A stretch of DNA of 64,000 nt from a bacterium (GTDB lineage Bacteria; Patescibacteriota; Minisyncoccia; UBA6257; JAGOQP01), in NCBI GenBank assembly GCA_021780155.1, contig JAJXZH010000011.1, positions 846 to 64,845 of the forward strand. The letters are read 5' to 3'. Positions 56,278-64,000 of the stretch are shown here, one piece after another. The translations under genes and the position numbers were made by a program. The notes under the pieces are model-generated. The model ran no database searches, was not told where the DNA came from, and worked only from the letters and a program-made list of their open reading frames with translations. The first letter of the stretch is position 1. Each line of letters begins with the position of its first letter.

Positions 56278-57828
56278 ATGAGAAACACGGTTATCTTAAT
56301 TGTTCTTGACGGCTGGGGAATTGGCGAAAGAGGAGAGTCCAATCCAATTTATGCCGCCAAGCCAAAAAACATAGCTTATATAAAAAATAATTTCCCATCC
56401 GGTTCATTGCAGGCCTCCGGAATTGCCGTTGGGCTTCCTTGGGGGGAAGAAGGCAACAGCGAAGTCGGCCACTTAACTATGGGAGCGGGAAAAATAATTT
56501 ATCAACATTATCCAAGAATCAGTTTATCAATAAGAAATAAAGATTTTTTTTCCAATCCAACGATTGAGGCTTTATTCGATAACGCCAAAAAAAATAATTC
56601 AAAAGTGAATTTAGTAGGACTCGTTGGAGAAGCCAATGTCCATTCTTCAATGGAGCACTTGCAGGCATTAATAGATATGGCATCAAAAAAAGAAGTCAAT
56701 TTTATGATACAAGCCATTACCGACGGTAGAGACAGCGCCCCGGAATCGGCAATGTCTCTATTAGAGAAACTTCCTCAGGGGCATATTGGAAGTATTGTCG
56801 GTAGATTTTATGCAATGGACAGAGACAAGCGATGGGATTTAACCCAAAGAGCTTACAATTTATTGACCGGAAACATAAGCGATTCTCAAATTATTCCGGA
56901 AAAAGACATCAAAAAGAATCTTCAACAAACTTACGACAAAGGACTCAATGATGAATACATATTGCCGATGATTATCGGTTCAAAAGAAAATATTATTCAG
57001 GAAAAAGATTCGGTTTTCTTTTTTGATTTTAGAGAAGATAGAATGAGACAATTAGTTGAGGGATTTATCAATCCTCAATTTTCACAATATCCGACAAAAA
57101 AACTCAAAGATGTTTTGTTTGCTTCAATGACTCAAATAAGAGAAGATTTTGATATTCCGGTGGCATTTCCTCCACAACACGTTGATAATCCGGTAGGAAA
57201 AATAATTTCGGAACACGATAAAACACAATTAAAAATTGCCGAAACTCAAAAATACGCCCACGTTACATTTTTCTTTAACGGCCTTAATGATGCGGCTTTT
57301 ACCAATGAATATAGAGTGCTTATTCCTTCAAGAATTATCCCTCGCCAAGACCAGGACCCGATAATGATGGCGCCGGCAATAACAACAAGATTAATTCAGG
57401 CAATAGAAGAAGAAGCGTTTGATTTTATTTTGGTTAATTACGCCAATCCGGATATGGTGGCACATACCGGAAATTTTGACGCCTCCATTAAAGCGATTCA
57501 GGTGATAGACGAACAATTGGGAAATGTGGTCCAGGCGATACTCAGACACAACTCCACCGCCATCATCACTTCCGATCACGGAAATATAGAGCGTTTATTT
57601 AATCCTCAAACCGGAGAACCGGAAACAAAACACGACACCAGTCCGGTTCCCGTATATCTTGTTGGAACAAAATATTTCAAACCTCAAAATCCATCAGATG
57701 TTGATGAAAGAGAAAAATTTACTATCGGCATGCTATCGGATATAGCACCGACAATTTTGGAACTAATGGGAATGCCCAAACATCCGGATATGACCGGAGA
57801 AAGTTTAATAAGAAATCTCCTGTATTAA
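56278..57828 (+). CDS. gpmI: 2,3-bisphosphoglycerate-independent phosphoglycerate mutase
   Basis: ILIVLDGWGIGE...GNSEVGHLTMGAG is the metal-binding N-terminus. 516 aa. Confidence 0.9.
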   Translation: MRNTVILIVLDGWGIGERGESNPIYAAKPKNIAYIKNNFPSGSLQASGIAVGLPWGEEGNSEVGHLTMGAGKIIYQHYPRISLSIRNKDFFSNPTIEALFDNAKKNNSKVNLVGLVGEANVHSSMEHLQALIDMASKKEVNFMIQAITDGRDSAPESAMSLLEKLPQGHIGSIVGRFYAMDRDKRWDLTQRAYNLLTGNISDSQIIPEKDIKKNLQQTYDKGLNDEYILPMIIGSKENIIQEKDSVFFFDFREDRMRQLVEGFINPQFSQYPTKKLKDVLFASMTQIREDFDIPVAFPPQHVDNPVGKIISEHDKTQLKIAETQKYAHVTFFFNGLNDAAFTNEYRVLIPSRIIPRQDQDPIMMAPAITTRLIQAIEEEAFDFILVNYANPDMVAHTGNFDASIKAIQVIDEQLGNVVQAILRHNSTAIITSDHGNIERLFNPQTGEPETKHDTSPVPVYLVGTKYFKPQNPSDVDEREKFTIGMLSDIAPTILELMGMPKHPDMTGESLIRNLLY

Positions 57829-57836
57829 ATAAAAAA

Positions 57837-59123
57837 TTAAAAAACTACCGATTCTTTTTTCCAAATTTCAAGCGCTCTGCTGTATTTTGCCATTCTTTCC
57901 GGTTTTCCCGGAGCTCCCGATTTGATACCCCAGGCACCCACGCCAACAGCCAAATCAGCGATAAAAGAATCCATCGTCTCCCCACTCCTGTGGCTGACCA
58001 CTTGTTGCCAACCATTGTCGCGAGCCATTTTTATAACTTCAATTGTTTCAGATAAAGTTCCAATCTGATTAAGTTTGATTAAAATGGCATTTCCGGATTT
58101 TTTTTCTATCGCCTCCTTCAATCTTCCCGGGTTGGTGGTTGTAAGGTCGTCGGTGATAATAAGTTTTTTGTTTTTTTGAGTTTGTTTTTCGGTCAACAAA
58201 TTACCACTTAACCGAGAAAAATCATCAAAAGATTCTTCATCAAAAGGATCTTCCAAAGAAATCATTTCATAACGTTCAAATAAATCCAGATAAAAAACAG
58301 AAAGCTCTTCCGGCGTCATTTCTTCTTGTTCTATGGTGTATAAATTATTTTGTTTTGAATAAAATTGAGAAGCGGCCGCATCAAGTCCGATTTTCAATGG
58401 ATAAAGATGGTGATTAATTAATTCCTGCATTATCTCAAGAGCTTCTTGATTTGTTTTAAATGGACAAACATAACCGGCTTCATCGCCCAATAAAACATTT
58501 TCTTTGCCATAAATTTTTGAAAGTTCCTTGCCGAGTTTTTTATAAAATTCCTGACCAACGCTCAAGCCGATACCAAAATCTTTAATTGTTGGAATTACTT
58601 GAAACTCCTGTAAGTCCAAACCTTTTTTGATTCCGAATTTTTTCTCCCAATCTTTTGGTATCTCGACATGAGCCCCGCCATTGATAACATTAAATAATGG
58701 TCGAGGAAAATCTTCAAAAAATTTTTTTTGATTATCGGACAAATCTTTTAGATAACGATAAAGTTCTATTCCTCTCGATTTTGCCCAAGCTCTGGCAAAA
58801 GCCAACGATAAAGACAAAATTAAATTAGCCCCAAGATTGCTCTTGTTTTGCGTCCCATCAAAAGCAATGAGCAATGAATCAAATTCTTTTTGGTCTCTAA
58901 AATTAATTTTCAAAATATCTTTTTTGATTTCTGAAAATTTTTCAAAGGCCTCTTTGGGATTTAAAACAAACGCCTCATGAGCGCCGGTACTCTTGCCGGC
59001 AGGAACAGAAGCAAAAGCAACTGCGTTTTTGCCTTCCCCTTCCCGAGCCAAAAGATGGGCCTCCAGAGTATCATGTCCGCGAGAATCTTTTATTATCTTT
59101 ATCTGGCCATCTATTATTTTCAT
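57837..59123 (-). CDS. eno: enolase (phosphopyruvate hydratase)
   Basis: The enolase signature SHRSGETMDSFIADLAVG near the C-terminus. 428 aa. Confidence 0.85.
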   Translation of the reverse strand: MKIIDGQIKIIKDSRGHDTLEAHLLAREGEGKNAVAFASVPAGKSTGAHEAFVLNPKEAFEKFSEIKKDILKINFRDQKEFDSLLIAFDGTQNKSNLGANLILSLSLAFARAWAKSRGIELYRYLKDLSDNQKKFFEDFPRPLFNVINGGAHVEIPKDWEKKFGIKKGLDLQEFQVIPTIKDFGIGLSVGQEFYKKLGKELSKIYGKENVLLGDEAGYVCPFKTNQEALEIMQELINHHLYPLKIGLDAAASQFYSKQNNLYTIEQEEMTPEELSVFYLDLFERYEMISLEDPFDEESFDDFSRLSGNLLTEKQTQKNKKLIITDDLTTTNPGRLKEAIEKKSGNAILIKLNQIGTLSETIEVIKMARDNGWQQVVSHRSGETMDSFIADLAVGVGAWGIKSGAPGKPERMAKYSRALEIWKKESVVF

Positions 59124-59154
59124 ATTTTTCCTTAATTCGGAAAATCGGCAAAAG

Positions 59155-61650
59155 TTATTTGTTTTTGGATAAATACACTATCGTTTTTACGACCGAATCA
59201 GGATTTAGCGATATTGCTTGAATTCCTTCTTTAACCAAAAACTTGGCAAATTCAGGATAATCGCTGGGAGCTTGCCCACAAATACCGACATATTTTTTCC
59301 TGGCATTACATTTTTTAATCGCTTGAGAAATCAAATTTTTTACGGATTCATCATTCTCGTTTCCGACTCCTTTCAATCTTTCTATGCCATCTCTATCCAA
59401 ACCCAATGTCATTTGAGTCAAATCGTTTGAGCCGATACTCATCCCATCAAAAATATCCAAAAATTTATCGGCCAAAATAACATTGGATGGAATCTCGCAC
59501 ATCACATAAACATTAAAGCCACCACCTTTTTTAAGCCCGTATTTATTCATAATCCCTAAAACTTTTTTTCCTTCTTCAACGGTTCGACAGACGGGTATCA
59601 TTGTTTGAACATTGGTCAATCCCATTTCCTCTCTTACTTTTTTTATCGCTTTTATTTCAAGAGCAAACGCCGGAGCAAACGCCGGATGATAATAACGAGA
59701 AGCCCCACGCCAGCCGATCATTGGATTTTCTTCGTGTGGTTCATAAATTTCTCCTCCAATTAATTGCCTATATTCGTTTGTCTTAAAATCACTAAAACGA
59801 ACAATGATGTCTTTGGGGTAGAAAGCGGCGGCAATCTTACCTACTCCATAAGCCAAATTGTCAACATAATATTTCTTTTTATCTTTTGCCCATCCGGTTT
59901 TTTTCTCTATTTGAGAAATAACTTTTTTAATTTTTGGGTCTTTTTGAGATTTTTTAAGCAATTGATCAAACTCAATCAAAGCCATCGGATGAATTCCAAT
60001 ATCGGAAGCAATAATAAATTCTTCTCGCGCCAAACCAACTCCACTATTTGGCAAAAATGATTTTTCAAAAGCGGTGTCGGGAGTGGCGATATTCATTGAA
60101 ATTTTTGTTTTTATTTTGGGAAGTTTTTTTATATCATGCTCCACGACATTAAATTTAAGAGTGCCGTCAAAAACATAACCCTCACTGCCGGTAGTATCAA
60201 CGGTTATCATCTGCCCTATTTTTATTTTTTTGGTGGCATTTTCTGTCCCGACAATACACGGGATTCCAAGCTCTCTGGAAACAATTGCCGCATGAGAAGT
60301 TCTGCCTCCTTTGTCGGTGACAATCGCCGAAGCAATTTTCATTATCGGTTCCCAGTCGGGGTCAGTCATGTCGGTTACCAAAACTTCTCCCGCCTTAAAG
60401 TTGCCGATTCCTTTAACATCCATAATGATATTAGCTTTCCCGGTAGCAATTTTATTTCCAACCGAAATTCCTTTACACACTTCTTTTCCGGTCTGAGATA
60501 ATTGATATTCTTTAATAATCGAAAAATCTCTTTGAGCTTGAACCGTCTCCGGTCGAGCTTGAACGATATAAAGTTCCTGAGTTTTCCCGTCTTTGGCCCA
60601 TTCAATATCCATCGGTGTCCAAACTTTTCTCACTCGCGAGTAATGATCTTCAATCATTTTTCCCCACATTGAAAGAGTTAAGATTTCTTTATCATTCAAA
60701 ACATAAGCCCGCCTTTCTTTTTCTTCGGTTGCAACAATTTTTGTCGGCTTGGGTCCTTGAAAATTATAAATCATTTTCCTGTCTTTTGAGCCGTGCTTTT
60801 TGGCGATTATTGGAATAATCGCCGCAGATTTGTGCTGGTCCTTATCCGCACTATTCCGCGTTTCTATCCGCGCGGATCCGCGCTCCTGAAGAAAGGGCTT
60901 GTAAACAATATATTCATCGGGAACAATTTCTCCTTGAACAATCATCTCTCCCAATCCCCAAGTGGCATTAACAACAACCACATCTTTAAAACCGGATTCG
61001 GTATCAACGGTGAACATAACCCCTGAGGCCGCCTTATCGGAACGAACCATTTTTTGGACTCCGACTGATAGCGCTATTTTCAAATGATCAAAACCCTTGT
61101 CTTGTCTGTATGAAATTGCTCTGTCGGTGAAAAGAGAGGCGATACATTTTCTAACGGCAACAATTAAATTTTCTTCACCAACAATATTTAAATATGTTTC
61201 CTGCTGACCGGCAAAAGACGCTCCGGGCAAATCTTCGGCAGTAGCCGATGAACGGACGGCAACATCAACATTGGTAAAATATTGCTTCTCCATTTTTCTG
61301 TAGTAAGAAATTATTTGTCTTTTCAAATCCATCGGAAGTTCGGCGGAGACGACCGCCTTTCTGACCATTTCTCCTTTTTTATAGAGTTCTTTTATGTCTT
61401 TGGTATTTAAATTCTTTAAAGTATCTTTGATAAAATTTTTCAAAATCATTTTTTTTCCATCAGCGCCTTTAACGACGCCTTCGTTTATAAAATGACGATA
61501 AGCGGAAGCGGTAATAACAAATCCGTCCGGAATGTTAACTCCTTTGGGTTTTAAAAATTTAAGCATTTCTCCCAAGGAAGCATTTTTGCCTCCGGCTTCA
61601 GGAACATCTTTAATAGTGAGCGAGGACATCTCGCGAATGAATGGTTTCAT
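59155..61650 (-). CDS. ppsA: phosphoenolpyruvate synthase (pyruvate, water dikinase)
   Basis: N-terminal ATP-grasp. Phosphohistidine domain GGRTSHAAIVSRELGIPCIVG. C-terminal PEP-utilising TIM barrel (MCEIPS...SIGSNDLTQ). 831 aa. Confidence 0.8.
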   Translation of the reverse strand: MKPFIREMSSLTIKDVPEAGGKNASLGEMLKFLKPKGVNIPDGFVITASAYRHFINEGVVKGADGKKMILKNFIKDTLKNLNTKDIKELYKKGEMVRKAVVSAELPMDLKRQIISYYRKMEKQYFTNVDVAVRSSATAEDLPGASFAGQQETYLNIVGEENLIVAVRKCIASLFTDRAISYRQDKGFDHLKIALSVGVQKMVRSDKAASGVMFTVDTESGFKDVVVVNATWGLGEMIVQGEIVPDEYIVYKPFLQERGSARIETRNSADKDQHKSAAIIPIIAKKHGSKDRKMIYNFQGPKPTKIVATEEKERRAYVLNDKEILTLSMWGKMIEDHYSRVRKVWTPMDIEWAKDGKTQELYIVQARPETVQAQRDFSIIKEYQLSQTGKEVCKGISVGNKIATGKANIIMDVKGIGNFKAGEVLVTDMTDPDWEPIMKIASAIVTDKGGRTSHAAIVSRELGIPCIVGTENATKKIKIGQMITVDTTGSEGYVFDGTLKFNVVEHDIKKLPKIKTKISMNIATPDTAFEKSFLPNSGVGLAREEFIIASDIGIHPMALIEFDQLLKKSQKDPKIKKVISQIEKKTGWAKDKKKYYVDNLAYGVGKIAAAFYPKDIIVRFSDFKTNEYRQLIGGEIYEPHEENPMIGWRGASRYYHPAFAPAFALEIKAIKKVREEMGLTNVQTMIPVCRTVEEGKKVLGIMNKYGLKKGGGFNVYVMCEIPSNVILADKFLDIFDGMSIGSNDLTQMTLGLDRDGIERLKGVGNENDESVKNLISQAIKKCNARKKYVGICGQAPSDYPEFAKFLVKEGIQAISLNPDSVVKTIVYLSKNK

Positions 61651-61818
61651 AATAAATTTATTTGATTAATTATTGTTTTGTTGATTATATCACATAATTT
61701 TATTTTTTGGCATCTTAAAAATAGTGAACTAAAAACAAAAAATGCGAGTAAATAAAAACAGGCGCTTATGTTTTTACATAAACGCCTGCCGGTTATTTAT
61801 CTAATGAGTTTTTTGATT

Positions 61819-63855
61819 TTAAACAAAAAGCAAAGCCAAAGCCAAAGTCAAAGTCGATAAAAGTTTGATTAAAACATGTAACGAAGGACCGGCGGTGTCT
61901 TTGAATGGATCTCCGACGGTATCTCCAGTAACAGAAGCTGCATGAGCAGCACTTTTTTTGCCTCCCAAATTTCCCTCTTCTATATATTTTTTGGCATTAT
62001 CCCAAGCCCCTCCTCCATTATTCATCATTGTTGCCATCAATATGCCGGTGATAGTGCCGACCATCAAAAATCCGGCTTCGGCTTCGGCGCGCAAGAAAAC
62101 ACCAACCAAAATAGGAACAGCAACCGCCAAAACTCCCGGCAAAATCATTTCTTTGAGTGCTCCTTTGGTGGTAATATCAACCGCTCGAGCGTAATCCGGC
62201 TTCTCGGAACCATTCATAATTCCCGGCTTTTCTTTAAATTGAGCTCTAACATCATTAATTATGTAGTAAGCGGCTTTTCCGACAGCGCGAATTGCCAATG
62301 AAGAAAATAGAAAAACAAGCATCGCCCCAATCAGCGCTCCGACAAAAACTTTCACTTTTGCCAAATCAACAACTGAAATATGAACCTCTTCCAAATAAGC
62401 GGAGAACAAAAGAAATGCCGCCAACGCCGCAGAACCTATGGCATAACCTTTAGTCAGAGCTTTTGTGGTATTTCCAACTGCATCCAATTTGTCGGTAGTT
62501 TTTCTTATTTTTTCCGGAGCATTACTCATTTCCGCAATTCCTCCGGCATTGTCGGTAATCGGTCCAAAAACATCCATTGCCAAAACATAAGCCGCAGTCG
62601 CCAGCATTCCCATCGTCGCCACGGCGGTTCCATAAAGTCCTCCCGTTGGAACGCCGCTTTGTGAACCAAACCAATAAGAAAGCAGAAGCGAAGCGCTGAT
62701 GCCAACAACCGTTAATCCGGTTGATTCCAAACCAACGGCAAATCCAGAAATAATATTAGTCGCGTGTCCTGTTTGAGAAGCAATGGCAATTTCTCTAACC
62801 GGTCTGAAACGAGCTTCGGTGTAGTATTGAGTGATATAAACAAAAGCGATTGAATTGGCTATTCCGACAAGTCCCGCCCAAAAAAACCACAAATTCCCAA
62901 GCATAATATCTGTAACAAAATAAAAAGCGATAGCAGCCAAAATGCTCGTTACCCAATATCCTTTATTTAAACTTTTCATCGGGTTGTCTCCTTCTTTACT
63001 TTTGGCGCTATAAATTCCGATAATGGTAGCAATCAATCCAAAAGCTCTTAGAACCAGCGGGAACATGATTCCCTTGATTCCAAAAACCGGATAAAGAGCC
63101 ACTCCCAAAATCATTGCTCCAATATTTTCAGCGGCAGTGGATTCAAAAATATCCGCTCCTCTTCCGGCACAATCTCCAACATTATCTCCCACCAAATCGG
63201 CAATGACTGCCGGATTGCGCGGATCATCTTCGGGAATGCCGGCTTCTATTTTTCCAACCAAATCGGCTCCAACATCGGCCGCTTTGGTAAAAATTCCTCC
63301 ACCCAATTGAGCAAAAAGCGCAACCAACGAAGCTCCAAATCCATAACCAACAATCAAAGAAGGAATTTTTATAGCTTCATATCCCAAAAGAGAATAAAAC
63401 AAAAACAAGATTGAAATTCCAAGCAAGCTCATTGAAACAATAATTATTCCTGAAACCGCCCCACCTCTTAACGCCACTTTTAATGCTCCTGATAATCCAT
63501 CTTCGGCGGCGGCGGCAGCTCTGACATTGGAACGAACCGACATTGACATTGCCACTATTCCGGCAATTGCCGATGATGCCGCTCCAAAAACAAAAGCCAA
63601 TGCCGTTTGCCACCCTTGGTCCCATTTACCGGAAAATCCATAAACAAAAAATAGTAAGATAGCCAAAATAGCTCCGATAAATCCAATCGTTCTATATTGA
63701 CGCTTTAAAAAAGCGCTTGCTCCTTGTTTAATAATATTTGAAACTTCCTGCAAAGAACTTGAACCCTGCGGCTGACGCAAAACCCATTTTGCCAAAAAAG
63801 CGGCAAAGACAAGCGCCAACAAAGAAATACCCAACGCCAATAAATTGTAATCCAT
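61819..63855 (-). CDS. hppA: membrane-bound proton/sodium-translocating pyrophosphatase
   Basis: GDNVGDCAGRGADIFES and DNAGGIAEM motifs. About 16 TM helices. 678 aa. Confidence 0.9.
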   Translation of the reverse strand: MDYNLLALGISLLALVFAAFLAKWVLRQPQGSSSLQEVSNIIKQGASAFLKRQYRTIGFIGAILAILLFFVYGFSGKWDQGWQTALAFVFGAASSAIAGIVAMSMSVRSNVRAAAAAEDGLSGALKVALRGGAVSGIIIVSMSLLGISILFLFYSLLGYEAIKIPSLIVGYGFGASLVALFAQLGGGIFTKAADVGADLVGKIEAGIPEDDPRNPAVIADLVGDNVGDCAGRGADIFESTAAENIGAMILGVALYPVFGIKGIMFPLVLRAFGLIATIIGIYSAKSKEGDNPMKSLNKGYWVTSILAAIAFYFVTDIMLGNLWFFWAGLVGIANSIAFVYITQYYTEARFRPVREIAIASQTGHATNIISGFAVGLESTGLTVVGISASLLLSYWFGSQSGVPTGGLYGTAVATMGMLATAAYVLAMDVFGPITDNAGGIAEMSNAPEKIRKTTDKLDAVGNTTKALTKGYAIGSAALAAFLLFSAYLEEVHISVVDLAKVKVFVGALIGAMLVFLFSSLAIRAVGKAAYYIINDVRAQFKEKPGIMNGSEKPDYARAVDITTKGALKEMILPGVLAVAVPILVGVFLRAEAEAGFLMVGTITGILMATMMNNGGGAWDNAKKYIEEGNLGGKKSAAHAASVTGDTVGDPFKDTAGPSLHVLIKLLSTLTLALALLFV

Positions 63856-64000
63856 CTTAAAATAAAAAATTAATTATAATATTTTCCTTTAATCGGCCAT
63901 ATAAAAATCAAACGTTTTTGAAAACTCAAACAAAGCGACATTTGATTTCAAAAAAGCCAACTTAGGAATTTTAAGGTTGATAAAAATTTAACAAAAAATT

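Noticed and set aside
1-64000. Alternative genetic code (UGA recoding) as seen in some small-genome lineages
   Set aside because: Long conserved genes are intact under the standard code and several terminate in TGA. The UbiA-domain gene at 24611 is an example.

Overview
This window is gene-dense and AT-rich, about one third GC by eye. It uses the standard genetic code: long conserved genes end in TGA or TAA (the UbiA-domain gene ends in TGA), so code 4 or 25 is unlikely. It contains no rRNA, no CRISPR array, and no transposase. Housekeeping genes recognised from motifs are metG, ruvA, rpsT, fpg, ksgA, a UvrD/PcrA-type helicase, rpsO, pnp, murI, a CCA-adding enzyme, HU, RNase Y, iPGM, enolase, PEP synthase and an H+-pyrophosphatase. 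The accessory material is the more interesting part. (1) A Gram-positive-type type IV secretion (T4SS)-like cluster spans 10.6-21.9 kb. It carries a VirB4 ATPase split into two ORFs, a PrgI/VirB3-like protein, a VirB6-like polytopic protein, and a pilin-domain/M15-peptidase fusion. No VirD4, VirB11 or relaxase is present in the window. (2) A tyrosine recombinase and tRNA-Leu(UAG) are followed by six tandem paralogs of a VirB2/TrbC-like pilin (36.4-38.8 kb). (3) A tRNA cluster (Arg, Lys, Gly) carries a truncated tRNA 5' fragment and a 25-bp direct repeat that duplicates the tRNA-Gly 3' end. (4) Two paralogous ECF sigma / membrane anti-sigma-like / secreted-protein modules are present. (5) A ~340-bp GC-rich islet encodes a small 3-TM protein with its own Shine-Dalgarno site and terminator. 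RNase Y, a Gram-positive-type T4SS, LD-transpeptidase, H+-PPase, partial glycolysis and many small secreted hypotheticals together suggest a small-genome Patescibacteria/CPR-like or Firmicutes-like organism. That assignment is inference only. All functional calls rest on motifs read from the supplied translations, and no database search was possible. CDS coordinates follow the ORF track and include the stop codon.
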